Shown here in pieces: positions 50,552-63,284 of a stretch of 64,000 nucleotides of DNA. Under the pieces are notes generated by a model. It saw nothing but the letters and a program-made list of their open reading frames with translations. It ran no database searches and was not told the origin of the DNA. The position numbers were made by a program, and so were the translations under genes. Origin of the DNA: Pinctada imbricata. Taxonomy: Eukaryota. Location: the NCBI GenBank assembly GCA_033119305.1, contig VSWD01000007.1, forward strand, positions 57,858,741 through 57,922,740. The letters run 5' to 3'. Position 1 is the first letter of the stretch, and each line of letters opens with the position of its first letter.

Positions 50552-50637
50552 TCACACTATATCTACTCTGTTGATAAATTCAGTCCATACATTTGGTTTC
50601 CTGAAATCTGTGGAGTTTCTCAGTGTCATTACTGTCT
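50552..50637 (-). CDS. Terminal exon of an unidentified multi-exon gene ('gene C') (...ETVMTLRNSTDFRKPNVWTEFINRVDIV*)
   Basis: Acceptor cag; phase fits the upstream exon; stop TGA at 50552-50554. Confidence 0.55.
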
Positions 50638-50795
50638 CTGAAATATAAAATTTGAGAGTTAATGTATTAATTTTGTATCACATTCATCTGAATCATCACC
50701 AAATCAAATCAAATCAATAGATTGAGTTTGGATAGACAAACAGACAGACAATCTATAATGAAGCCAGTCCTCTTTGTTTTCTCTTATGATACATA

Positions 50796-50868
50796 AAATC
50801 TTACCATCTAAGAGAATGGAGGTCTTTTCATCCACTGCATTATCATCACTTGTAAAAACCCCAATCCA
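50796..50868 (-). CDS. Gene C exon (VYDWIGVFTSDDNAVDEKTSILLD)
   Basis: Acceptor tacag, donor gtaaga, open frame. Confidence 0.6.
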
Positions 50869-50999
50869 ATCATAAACCTGTATAAATATTTAAAAAACAT
50901 ATATGATTAAATCAAATACTTTGAATTGTTCCTTGCACAACTTTTTTTGTGGAATGACTTTTTTTTACATTCATTTAATTGAAATTTAAGAGGTCAAAC

Positions 51000-51242
51000 C
51001 TTAGGTAATATCTGGCTCCAAGGTTCATTCAATAGTTCATCAACAAACACAGGAAAATATGTAACAGAACTCTCAAATAAAGAGGGCAATGTAAGTTTTC
51101 TTCCTTCAGCAAACGGGTCAGTGGAGAACTCATTGGACAGAAAATCACATCTAATATCGAGGAAAATTGGAGATGACAGATGAGTCCATAATGTAACAGC
51201 TGAAGCCAGTGTGGATGCTGCAAACTTGTATATAAAAGAAAT
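51000..51242 (-). CDS. Gene C exon (81 codons: ISFIYKFAASTLASAVTLWTHLSSPIFLDIRCDFLSNEF...NEPWSQILPK)
   Basis: 81 codons open with no stop; acceptor ttttcag, donor gtttga. Confidence 0.65.
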
Positions 51243-51738
51243 CTGAAAAAAAATAAAATAAAATTTAAGTTTATAATAATTATTAGTTAATTCAATGAAA
51301 ACGATTCAAAGAACACATACATGTCAAGTTTCCCTCTTTTGGAAGGAGTCTCCCCCTTTTGCACCTCATCTCCCTCCTAAAATTACAACCATCCTCCTTG
51401 GAAGGAGACTCCCTCTTTTTAGCCACATCTCTCATTTATCATTTTTACCATGAAAAAAAATTGAACTGAATTTAGTCATGGTACAAGCAAATACTTGGCA
51501 CTCTGGGTATATGATACTTTGTCAATGATCACACCCAATGATAGATTCCTATAGTCTTCTTGGGTGTGTTTATATCACATATACAGTATGATTGGCCTGC
51601 ATCCAAGTTCCGTGAACTGCAAAACACAAGATTTACAGAATTTGCATGAGACAAACCAGAGTGTATTTGCCATTACCATGACCAAAAGGACATTCATTTT
51701 TTAAATTAGAATTTATTACTATAATATACTTGACTTAC

Positions 51739-51937
51739 ATTTCCAAGTGACTTGCTCTCTGTTGAGTATGCTTCTTGAAGGAATTTGACTTTTCTCCCTC
51801 CCTTAAACTCGTTACTTAGGTGACCAAGGAGATCTGTCAGCCATTTTAGTTTATCCATAGCAGACGTGAAGTCTGTTTTATACTTTGTCATTTGCCAGAA
51901 CATATGTTGTAATAGGGTCTCTGCTGTGTCAAAGTCA
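51739..51937 (-). CDS. Gene C exon (DFDTAETLLQHMFWQMTKYKTDFTSAMDKLKWLTDLLGHLSNEFKGGRKVKFLQEAYSTESKSLGN)
   Basis: 66 codons open; acceptor ttcag, donor gtaagt. Confidence 0.65.
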
Positions 51938-52039
51938 CTGAAGAAATAGAAAATATGTAAGTTACATCATAGCAGTTGAGCAAATAAAGGTAAACAAGCA
52001 TTCTGATGTACTGCAAGCAAAACTAGAACTGCCCTAAAG

Positions 52040-54790
52040 TGGACAAATTAAATCAAATGTTTTTCAGAAAAAAACAGATGTCTCCCCCCTCCCTCTAAGT
52101 TACTTTGAGCTTGGGCCAAGATGATGTGAAACCTTTGAGTCATGGGCAACACCATACTAAAACATGAAAGTGATTGTTTTAGGTAAAGCCCAAACATGAT
52201 TAGCATATACAATTTCATATTTAGTGAAATTGACTTTGGTCACATGACCTTGGATATAGGTGATCTGAAAAATACATTGTATGGATCATGCGCAACAAAA
52301 AACTGAATTAGTGATTGGATACACGATTCAAAATATAAAGCCTAAACATGATAAGCATAACAATTTCAGCCTGGACATGATTTGCATATACAATTTCATT
52401 ACCAAAGTAAGAAGTGACCTCAATCATGTGACCTTGGGACAATGTGATAAGAAACATTTAGTCCTGAGAAACAACGAATTAAAATATGAAAACAATTGTA
52501 AGAAGGGTTCAGCAGATATAGCCCAGACAAGATTAGTACGTACAATTTCATTAAAAAGAACTAAATGATCTTGACCTTGGGCACATGACCTTGGGTCAAG
52601 ATGATAAGAAACCTTCCAATCCTGAGCAACAGCATTCTAAAGTATCAGAGCGATCCAGTATACGATTCCACAGATATAGTCTAGACTCAATAGTATTTAC
52701 AATTTCATTAAAAAATGTAATATCTGACCTTGACCTTAGTAATATGACCTTGGATCAAGGTGGTGTGAAACCTTTGGGTCATCAGCACCATCATACTAAA
52801 ATATCAAATGATCCGATTACAGTTCAAAAGATTAAGCCTGGACATAATACACATAACAAATACAATTTCATTTAAAATACATGTATACTAATTGACCCTG
52901 ACCTTGGTCACATGATCTTGAGTCAACATGATGTGAAACCTTTGGGTCATAAGCAACAACATACTAAAATATAAAGCGATCCGGCAAACCGTTCAAGAGA
53001 TATAGCCCGGACAGGAATGCATGTACAATTTCATTAAAATTGTACTATATGACCTTGACCTTGGTCACATGACCTTGGGTCAAGGTGATGCAAAACCTTT
53101 GGGTCATAAGCAACAACATACTAAAATATGAAACTGATCCGGCAAACAGTTCAAGAGATCAAGCCTGGACATGACTGTATGCATAATTTCATTAAAAATG
53201 CACTAAGTGACCTTGACCTTGGTCACATGACCTTGGGTCAAGGTGATGTGAAATCTTTGGGTCATAAGCAAAAACATACTAAAATATGAAAGTGATCTGG
53301 CAAACGGTTCAAGAGATATAGCCCGGACAGGAATGTATTCATAATATCTTTAAACATGCAGTAAGTGATCTTGACCTTGGTCACATGACCTTTGGTCAAG
53401 GTGATGCAAAACCTTTGGGTCATAAGCAACAACATACTAAAATATGAAAGTGATCTGGCAAACGGTTCAAGAGATCTAGCCTGGACATGAATGTATGCAT
53501 AATTTCATTAAAAATGCACTAAGTGACCTTGACCTTGGTCACATGACCTTGGGTCAAGGTGATGTGAAATCTTTGGGTCATAAGCAACAACATACTAAAA
53601 TATGAAAGTGATCTGGCAAACGGTTCAAGAGATATAGCCCGGACAGGAATGTATTCAAAATATCTTTAAACATGCAGTAAGTGATCTTGACCTTGGTCAC
53701 ATGACCTTGAGTCAAGGTGATGCAAAACCTTCGGGTCATAAGCAACAACATCCTAAAATATGAAAGTGATCCGGCAAACGGTTCAAGAGATATAGCCTGG
53801 ACATGAATGTTTGCATAATTTCATTAAAAATGCACTAAGTGACCTTGACCTTGGTCACATGACCTTGGGTCAAGGTGATGCGAAACCTTCGGGTCATAAA
53901 CATCAACATACTAAAATATGAAAGTGATCCGGCAAACGGTTCAAGAGATCTAGCCCAGACAGGAATGTATGCTTAATTTCATTAAAAATGCACAAAGTTA
54001 CCTTGACCTTGGTCACATGACCTTGGGTCAAGGTGATGTGAAATCTTTGGGTCATAAGCAACAACATACTAAAATATGAAAGTGATCCGGTTAAAGGTTC
54101 AAGAGATATAGCCCAGACAGGAATGTTTTCATAATTTCTTTAAAAATGCACTAAGTGACCTTGACCTTGGTCACATGACCTTGGGTCAAGGTGATGTAAA
54201 ATCTTTGGGTCATAAGCAACTACATACTAAAATATGAAAGTGATCCGGCAAACGGTTCAAGAGATATAGCCCGGACAGGAATGTATTCATAATTTCTTTT
54301 AAAATGCACTAAGTGACCTTGACCTTGGTCACATGACCTAGGGTCAAGGTGATGCAAAACCTTCGGGTCATAAACAACAACATACTAAAATATGAAAGTG
54401 ATCCGGCAAACAGTTCAAGAGATCTAGCCCGGACAGGAATGTATTCATAATTTCTTTAAAAATGCACTAAGTGACCTTGACCTTGGTCACATGACCTTGG
54501 GTCAAGATGATGTGAAACCTTCGGGTCATAAGCAACAACATACTAAAATATGAAAGTGATCCGGCAAACGGTTCAAGAGATCTAGCCCGGACAGGAATGT
54601 ATGCATAATTTCATTAAAAATGCACTAAGTGACCTTGACCTTTGTCACATGACCTTGGGTCAAGGTGATGTGAAACCTTCGGGTCATAAGCAACAACATA
54701 CTAAAATATGAAAGTGATCGGGCAAACGGTTCAGGAGATATAGCCCGGACACGATGTGTGACAGACGGACAGACAGACAGACGGTTGACG
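52040..54790. repeat. Tandem satellite array, ~150-166-bp unit, ~17 copies (very homogeneous in the 53000-54750 part)
   Basis: The anchor tgaccttgaccttggtcacatgaccttgggtcaaggtgatg recurs at 53048, 53213, 53378, 53527, 53693, 53842, 54005, 54163, 54312, 54474 and 54633. The array ends in (GACA)n plus the hairpin gtctcctccccgtttggggggagac. It lies in an intron of gene C. Confidence 0.9.
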
Positions 54791-54889
54791 AAGGCAAAAC
54801 CAATATGTCTCCTCCCCGTTTGGGGGGAGACATAATTATACCCCCGAGGGACGTTATTTATAAATGGGACCATATATGATGCAACGTGA

Positions 54890-55590
54890 AAAGCCTACAA
54901 TTTATAGTATGCAACAAATCTGCTTTCAAATCTTCTTAACTTAAACTGCAACATTAATCCAAAGTCAAGGTCACAAGTCATGATACCAAACTGTAGTACT
55001 CTTTGAGGTAAATGTTTGCATGAAATATGAAAGACCTACCATTTATAGTATGAAAGAAATCTGCTTTCAAAATTTCTTACCTGTCCTAATTTCAACATAA
55101 GCCCAAACTCAAGGTCAAGGTCAAAAGACCAAAATGTAGTACTCTTTGTGGTGAATGTGTGTATGAAATATGAAAGGCCTACCATTTATAGTATAAAAGA
55201 AATCTGCTTTCAAAGCATCTTAACATAAAATGTTATACGGGGTGAACGTCAAGATCACAGGGTCAAAAGTCATGGAACCAAAATGTAGTACTCTCAAACG
55301 TCATGGTACCAAAATGTAGTACTCTTTACGGTGAATGTGTGTATGAAATATGAAAGGCCTACCATTTATAGTTTAAAAGAAATCTGCTTTAAAAACATCT
55401 TAACATAAAATGTTATACAGGGTGAAGGTCAAGATCACAGGGTCAAAAGTCATGGTAACAAAATGTAGTACTCTCAAACATCATGGTACCAAAATGTAGT
55501 ACTCTTTATGGTGAATGTGTGTATGAAATATGAAAGGCCTACCATTTTAAAAGTATACAAGAAATCTGCTTTCAAAACTTCTTAACTGGA
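54890..55590. repeat. Second tandem repeat, ~180-bp unit with ~4 copies, immediately 3' of the first array
   Basis: The unit ...gtgaatgtgtgtatgaaatatgaaaggcctaccatttatagt...ggtcaaaagtcatgg...aaatgtagtactct... recurs at ~54970, 55150, 55330 and 55510. Confidence 0.8.
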
Positions 55591-55930
55591 CAGACAGATG
55601 AGTATAATAAATAGCCCCCTACCCGTGGGAGAGATGAGCTAATCCACTGATATTCAAAGCAATGGCTAAAATAACAATGAATAGCAAAGGATATTCAATA
55701 TTAAAATCTCAGAAAATCTTCATGGGAAAAAAAAAGGAATATATCACATCATGTGTATCACATTGAGATATTAGAGAGGTTGAGATTTCCTACGTGTAAC
55801 TTGTACGTGTACTTGTATTCTGATCAACTATTGTGACGTCATCATTTATTGCGTTTGACGTCATTTGCTTTACAAGCTACACGTCACCAGTGAACGTGTG
55901 AAGTGCAAGATACACGTAGGTCTTTACTTC

Positions 55931-56119
55931 GGCACCGTGGTCTAGTGGTAAGGGCGTCGGGCCAGTGACCAAAAGGTTGCTGGTTCCAGCCTCACTAGGA
56001 TCATGGGACGGTCGACATATACTCCTCTATGTTCTGTGTTTATATACAAAAATGTTGTTGTCTGTGTGTTGTTTACATGTCTGTGGTGTTTAAAAAAAAA
56101 AAAAAAAAAAAAAAAAGAA
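55931..56119 (+). mobile_element. tRNA-derived SINE insertion with a poly(A) tail and a 13-bp target-site duplication
   Basis: The 5' end ggcaccgtggtctagtggtaagggcg is A-box-like, and ggttgctggttccagcc is B-box-like. Poly(A) at 56091-56117. TSD AGGTCTTTACTTC at 55918-55930 and 56120-56132. Confidence 0.8.
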
Positions 56120-56716
56120 GGTCTTTACTTCAAGATATCTCATTCCCTTTATTCTATCAAATAGTATAAAAAGTATGGCTATCAATTCATAATGATTTCA
56201 AGTTTCTATTTCAATATAGATTTAACCGAACTCAATGTTCCTCTTGAATTTATACTGTCCAAAAGTCAACTCAAGTTCACTAAGATTTTATAAGTACGCG
56301 TAGCGGTCCTTGAAAAGAAATCTCAACAACAGTTTTGTGTAATTTAACATGTACTCTAGATGTACCCGTACAAGTAACCCGTAGGAAATCTCAACCTCTC
56401 TATTATTCCTACGCCAATTATCAGTTCATTATCTGCTATAATTGTGAGAAATACTGTAAAATAGAACAGTTCAAGAATAGGAATGCTGTCTGTCACCTAG
56501 TGTTTCAATCTAAATAATTGTAACCTTGACCTTGTAGATGACCTTGAGGATTGACTCTCATTATGCTTGAACATGAAGAAATTATAATGTATGTCAATCA
56601 GTGACTAACAGACAGATGGATGGACAGACAGACAGATGCCTGACAGACAGATAACTATACGTGTACATATGTTGCTCTGGTATTGCATAAAAATTTGACA
56701 AGTGTGATATTTTTAC

Positions 56717-56932
56717 AGATGTATAATAATACCATGTTGGGTTACTGATACAGGCGTCAATAAAGCTGTTTAATACTGCTATGGGTTGTCTCCCCTGTCC
56801 TACTAGGTAACATCTAACAAATAAACCTTTCATAAAGGATTCTTCTGATTGGCTGTCTGCCTCCGTTACAGAGTCAAACAGGTCATCTGGAATGCTACCT
56901 AAACACTCTGCTATCAGGTGAAGTGTGTCATA
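56717..56932 (-). CDS. Gene C exon (YDTLHLIAECLGSIPDDLFDSVTEADSQSEESFMKGLFVRCYLVGQGRQPIAVLNSF...); 3' boundary uncertain
   Basis: Acceptor ccttacag. Candidate donors are gtttat at 56826 or gtaaaa at 56716. The phase does not join directly to the 51937 exon, so other exons are probably missing. Confidence 0.4.
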
Positions 56933-57705
56933 CTGTAAGGGAAAATATAAAGCCAATTACATTTTACAATTGCATTCAGTCTGAAAAAATAAAATAAGTT
57001 TTAAGTAATTTAGATTATATCTTGGATGTTGACTTAATAAAATGTACCTGAGATGTACATAGTGTGCAACATTTTTAGCTAAAACTTAAATGTTGTGGAC
57101 AACATATACAATATAATTTATCATAAAGTAAAAGTTTTATAGGCTTGTCTTTCAGTATATTCATCTGAATTTATACTGTTTACAGCCCTGAACTCACCTA
57201 GACTTACATTTATTTAGACTTTTACAACAATTGAACTAAATTATCAAGTCTTAATTATGCTTTCTTATCAATTTTGTTCAATAATCCTCTAATTACATAC
57301 ATGTACCAGACAGCCTTATATGATTTTGCTCTCTTTACATCGAGTGAAAAATAGAACTGTTCAAGTATAGATATGTTGCCTGTTGCACATTTGACCCTTA
57401 ATATGTGATCTTGACCTTGAAAGTGACGTTTACCTATATTGGGTGATGAGTTTCATCATGCTTTATCATCCCTGCAAGTTTGAAAGATGTCTGATGTATA
57501 TCAAGTAAGTTATAGCCAAATATGTGAAAGTGTGACTACCAGACAGATGGACAGACAGGCAAACAGACAGACAGCAGGATGCAGGACAAAGTGATACCTA
57601 AATGTCCCTATTACATTGTAGGCGACATTAAAAATGGGGATCAAATATTTTCCAGTTAACAGTATCAAGCTAAAAGTGTAAAATAATACCATATATTTTC
57701 TGATA

Positions 57706-57942
57706 CCTCTGTTATGGGCAGTTTATATACTTCTTTAACAGCCTGGTATAAAACTGATGTGACAGACTCTGGTGGGTCATTGACCTTTAGAGCTCTGTGG
57801 AACCCAAGCAAGAAATGGTGGAATGTGTCCTTGACCTCAGTATATGACCTCTGACCTTGCTGAAGGAATGACTTTATGGTGTCAGCTGATGCACTTTTGA
57901 TCAAGACTGGCAGCGAGTCATACATCTGATGAACACATATGT
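57706..57942 (-). CDS. Gene C exon (79 codons: DICVHQMYDSLPVLIKSASADTIKSFLQQGQRSYTEVKDTFHHFLLGFHRALKVNDPPESVTSVLYQAVKEVYKLPITE)
   Basis: Acceptor tttcag, donor gtatca; helical-repeat-like composition. Confidence 0.6.
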
Positions 57943-58289
57943 CCTGAAATAATGAAATATGTATTATATGAATGAATAATTGTTTGAAAAAGTCTTATAT
58001 TGAGTAATGAAAATAAACCTACCTATTCAGACAGTCAAAAATTATCAGCATAAATACAAGAAAAGCACAAAAAATTAACAGTACTTTAAGAAATACAAAC
58101 ATATATATATTTGAAAATTTGGATAAAATTTGGGGATCCGTACTTGATCATTGCTTAACCAGTATGTAGTCCTTACAGTCTCCATATGAATTTTGGAGTA
58201 TGTATACATAGATACGCCATAGCAATGATAGTGTATGCAGAACTATCGCTGTGTTTGGTCTGTATGCAGCCTATGTATTCATCCATTCC

Positions 58290-59100
58290 ATTCACCTACC
58301 ATTCAAAAGTTACAGCCAAGGTTAAAGTTTGTTTAGAAGTAGGCCAAACGCCAACATCAATGAGCCAAAGAAGATCCTGACGATAATCTCAACAGCACTC
58401 ACAATAGATCACCAAATGGAGCATCGACGGACCCCTAGCAAGCCAGAGGCGGGACCAGGTGCCCAGGAGGAGCAAGCATCCCCTGTTGGCTAGCCGCACC
58501 CGCCATCAATGTTCACGCACGAAAATGAAAATATATAAAATACATGCACTGTCTATGGTTCTGTCTACATAGAAAGTGCTATGGTGACAATGTCAGGGAA
58601 AAATATTCAAACTTACTGTCAAACCCCTCGCGGGGAACTTTTTTACAAGCTCCACACGGCAAAGGGCATAAGTCACAAGGAAAAAAATTTGGCAACAATG
58701 GAAAGGTCTTATCTTAAGGAATGCATATATAAAATATGAAAACCCTATCATTTACAATTCAAAAGTTATGGCCAAGGTTAAAGTTTTTAAAAGTAGGTCA
58801 AACTTAAAGGTCAAGGTCACAGATAAAAAAAATGTTAGTCCCCATGGAAATGTCTTATCACAAAGAGCACACATGTGAAATATGAAAGCCTCATCACTTG
58901 TCATTTAAAAATTATGGCCAAGGTTGAAGTTATTTTTAAAGAAAGACAAACTCCATAGTCGACGTCACAAGGTCAAACATTTTATTGGTATCCATGAAAA
59001 GATCTTGTCACAAGGAATGAACATGTGAAAGCCCTTTTACTTACACTTCAAAAGTTATGGTCAAGGTTAAAGTTTTTGTGGACAAACAGCTTAACAAACA
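58290..59100. repeat. Tandem/dispersed repeat family (..tgaaatatgaaag..ttcaaaagttatggccaaggttaaagtt..ggtcaaac..aaggtcaaggtcacag..)
   Basis: ~160-bp periodic copies here. Related fragments occur at 48350-48700, 49990-50300 and 54890-55560. Confidence 0.7.
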
Positions 59101-59799
59101 TTTACATGTATAAAGGAGTCAGGACAAAATCTATATGCCCCCGTATCTCCCATTATAGGGGCATAAAAATGCACAGCCCAAAAGCACACATGGCCGGTTG
59201 TGACTTGCAAGGCTAAAAGATTAAGACCCTAACTTACAGGTAAAGAGGTATAAAGAGGTGGTAACATCCAGGCTGTCAGGAACATAGCTGCCGATTGTAA
59301 GGACAGGCTCTGTTGTACACCCAGTCTCAAGGTCAAATCCTTTACTCTGTCACCTGGGTAATATGAATGTATATACATGTACACTAACAGTAGTGAATAA
59401 GACACTGTTTACGCAAGTATTAATGTCCTAATTGTGGGACAGCAAATTGTGTTTTGAAGCACTATGTCCATTGAAAGCAGTGGTACCTTACTACAATAAA
59501 GTCAAATTCAAAATTGTATCTTCAATGTAATATTTCACTTTGTTTATTGGTACAGTATAATGCTTAACTCTAAATTACATTTTTCAAGGTAAATGTAACC
59601 CAAGACCAAGGTCAAAGACAATACCTTTGTTCAAATCATCTCACTATGCTTTATCACTATACTAATTTTTAAGACTGTACCCTTAACAGTTCTTTTATGA
59701 CTGACCTAACTGCAACAGCTAAACCAAATTGTTGACATATACGGATGGACAGACAAATATAGTCTTTTCATTGGCCGGATTTTGCTTATTTACAATCTG

Positions 59800-60070
59800 G
59801 CCAATAATACTGAAAGGTTTTTTTTGGGGTCTCAACTTCTTTTTCATTTCCAAAATTGAACTGTGACAATTTTTAAGAGAAGATCTGTGAAAATTTTAAA
59901 GAGATGAATTGTGACAATTTTTAAGAGATGAACTGCAACAATTTTTAAGAGATGAACTGTGACAATTTTTTAAAGAATTTTTAAAGAGATGAACTGCAAC
60001 AATTTTTTAAAAGATGAACTGTAACAATTTTTTAAAGAGATGAACTATGACAATTTTAAAAGAGATGAAC
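59800..60070. repeat. Minisatellite, ~31-bp unit (agagatgaactgtgacaatttttaag) with ~8 copies
   Basis: Direct reading of the sequence. Confidence 0.9.
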
Positions 60071-60429
60071 TGTGTCAATTTTAAGAGTATAAACAAATCA
60101 AAACAACTTCATTATCACAAAAATAATCTTAAGATAATTTTGCTATAAATGCTTTTACTTATATGCATCCCTATATTACACTGATATCAACACATTACTG
60201 CAGACATTAACTGTACGTATGTAAATCATTTTAAAATGTTTTAAAATTGTCTCATACAGAATTATACCCATGTCTATGATACAAACAACAAAGAGTCATT
60301 TACTTTGTTTAGATGAGGTACCAACAAGTTAAAAGAATTAAAATAGGGAAGAAGCACAAGTAATCATAGATTACGAAGCTCACCTCGTGGCAGCAAAATT
60401 AAATTCAAACATATTTCTAAGTACATGTA

Positions 60430-61100
60430 TATTGCCTTTTAAAGGTAAAATCACTCAAGTGGAAAAAGTAGGTCAAGGTCATTTTATGAAAGTTTCATCA
60501 AAGAAACATCCAATATGCAAGTTTGGTACATGTAGCACTTATACTTTGCTCAATATTGGCTTTTAAAGGTAAAATCACTCACGCGGAAAAAGTAGGTCAA
60601 GGTCATTTTATGAAAGTTTCATCAAAGATACATCTAACATTCAAGTTTGGTACATGTAGCACTTATACTTTGCTCAATATTGGCTTTTCAAGGTAAAATC
60701 ACTCACACGGAAAAAGTAGGTCAAGGTCATTTTATGAAAGTTTCATCAAAGATACATCCAATATTAAAGTTTGGTACATGTAGCACTTATACTTTGCTCA
60801 ATATTGGCTTTTAAAAGCAAAATCACTCAAGTGGAAAAAGTAGGTCAGTTGCTGCTTCCGATGCATGTTTCCATCTCGACATCCCAAGATGAATCACTTG
60901 AGCAAGTTTGGTTACTGTAGCATCAGTACTTTGTGAGATACTGAGCTACCCCAAACTTCTTAACCAAGCCACTCTGAGCTACCCAGCATCTAATCCATGG
61001 GTTCACCTCAGCATCAAAAGATGAATCACTTGTGCAAGTTTGGTTACTGTAGCATCAGTACTTTGCCAAATACTGAGCTACCCCAAACTTCTTAACCGGA
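60430..61100. repeat. Two adjacent tandem repeats: a ~121-bp unit ×3.5 (60430-60850) and a ~120-bp unit ×2 (60850-61100)
   Basis: ttttaaaggtaaaatcactcaagtggaaaaagtaggtcaaggtcattttatgaaagtttcatcaaag... repeated; then ..caagatgaatcacttgagcaagtttggttactgtagcatcagtactttg.. repeated. Confidence 0.85.
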
Positions 61101-61233
61101 CATGGACACGGACGCGGATGCGGACGCGCAGGGTTATAGCATAAGCTCACTCAACTTCGTCGAGGTGAGCTAAAAACAAATGCCAAAATGAGCAATAGAA
61201 ATCTGTCAACATAATCATTTAATGAATACACAC

Positions 61234-61359
61234 CATAATTGATCCTCATTAAGGGTGACAGTACTCCTGTCCAGTTAAGAGGGGGGAGTGGTCTCTTCGT
61301 ACAGGACTGTAAGGCAGTAAGTACTGTACTAACATAATCATCAGGGACAAACTCTGGAC
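61234..61359 (-). CDS. Gene C exon (GPEFVPDDYVSTVLTALQSCTKRPLPPLNWTGVLSPLMRINYG)
   Basis: Acceptor tttacag, donor gtgtgt. Confidence 0.5.
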
Positions 61360-62848
61360 CTGTAAATAAAATCAACCTTCATGGCCTCTGACACTTGATC
61401 ATTGAAAAGCAAAGTTTTAACATGTCAAATTATGTACAAAATAACATTTCTTTTTATTCCTGGCATTTTTAGAATAAGAATCTTACAAGTAACTTAATAT
61501 GCATTATGGATATGCAACACAATGCAGTTGTGTTTATTGTACACGTGTGTTTGTGTAATGAATAAAAGCACATTACATACATTAAAAGCACTAGCTTTGG
61601 GTTGCATACCCCTGTAAAAACAAGACAAATTATGGATTCCTTCTGTATACATGTACATGTATATAAACATGTACATCATAATTACAAATTTCATTTTTTT
61701 TTGGTATTTGAAATCTTTCTTTCTGTTTGGGCACCCGGTAGCCCTCTATTGGGTCAGTTGGCTGTATTGATGTTACATATATTGCGGGGAACTCATTCGC
61801 CAACTGCCCGTTACAGAGTAGCCCTTTCTATTATTTTAAGGGGCGGAGTGCTACCCCATTTCATGCCCATCCTCCATTTGTGTATGCATGTATGCAGGAG
61901 GGTTGTATAGTTTTGTATACTGCTTGGATGGAACATGTTTCCAACAGCTTTTATAAGGTGCCACCACACCTGGATACCTTTGCCGCAGCATGAACGTGGG
62001 TACCCAACCGGGCCCTTTATAGTCCCCCCCCCCCCCAATGAGTAGACTCGGTAGGGACGAACAAATGGATGTGACTTTCAGCACTCATATGAACGCACTG
62101 GGATTCAAACGCCAGAATCTTTGCTGTGTATTTAGGATACATTTATTTATCACATGATGCACCTGTTATGCAGTTTCATAAAGCCATTTCATAAATATAT
62201 GATATTTTAACACGTTACATATCCCCTGATTGAATGCGATTGGTCAAGTTTGGAACCTAATCACATAAAATTTGACAAGTGTGACCTTTCAAATATTGGT
62301 CAATCATTAAATTCAGACGCGGACTCAATATCAATGATCAAAATTGTTGTAGAATTAATTATTGCATTGAAATACTAAACAAATTTGAAATATTTTTCTC
62401 TTACGCACAGAATATATATCTATATGACGAGGAACTACTTCTCATGGCGAATCAGACAACCTGTAGGTCACGGCGTGGCTCGATCGCCTCTAATTCTCAG
62501 AAACATTTAGGCAATATCATGTGATAAAAAGAATCTCAAATGAATTTTCATTTTATACAATGTATTATGCAACTCGTTGTGCGTTTTATATCCCCCCCAA
62601 AAAAAACACACAACTCGTTTCATAACACATCATATGAAATGAAAATTCATTTTGAGATCCTATATATATGGAATCACTATGGGTTCAGTTTGCAGGTAAA
62701 AATAGCTGTCAAATCTCGTCTTCAATAGAGTAAGTGCACAATAACACCACAAATTCCATCAGTGGAAAATTCAATACATTTCATTTTCAGACTTTTAACA
62801 AATATGTGAATGCATAGGTTGTGCATATATAAAAGCTGAAGTACAAAC

Positions 62849-62929
62849 CCTGCTTTCCTGAATCTATCAAGTAGTCCACAAGGGCTCTAATGAAGCTCTG
62901 CTCTGGTAGGTAGCCATAATTTGGAGGAA
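62849..62929 (-). CDS. Gene C exon (PPNYGYLPEQSFIRALVDYLIDSGKQ)
   Basis: Acceptor ttttacag, donor gtttgt. Confidence 0.55.
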
Positions 62930-63112
62930 CTGTAAAATAATTAATTACTTATATTTGAATTTTAGGAAAATTATAACCCATCATCAAATCAAACATATCT
63001 ACTGCACAGTTTGCTCAATAATGGCGGAGAAGGGATACAGAGGAGAGATCAAGCAGGGAAAGAAAGAAGAATTTGACTGAAACATGTAGAGAACAGAATG
63101 AAAAGTATTTAC

Positions 63113-63284
63113 CACTAGCACGACTTTGTGTTGCTGTGGAGACAGCTAAATATAGATGTCCTAAGATCCACGCAGCACTGCTCTGAACTCCCTGGTCAGT
63201 ACTACTGGTCACTGCTGTCTTGGTCACTCTAACAACGTCATCAGCACTTATGTCAGGAATAGAACTGGTTGTATCACTTTGAAT
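63113..63284 (-). CDS. Gene C exon (IQSDTTSSIPDISADDVVRVTKTAVTSSTDQGVQSSAAWILGHLYLAVSTATQSRAS)
   Basis: Acceptor tttcag, donor gtaaat. Confidence 0.55.

Noticed and set aside
52281-52875. ORFs 52281-52568 and 52585-52875 (95-96 aa)
   Set aside because: They lie wholly inside the tandem satellite array. Their frames are open only because the repeat unit lacks stops in that frame, and similar peptides recur in the related block at 31633-31824.
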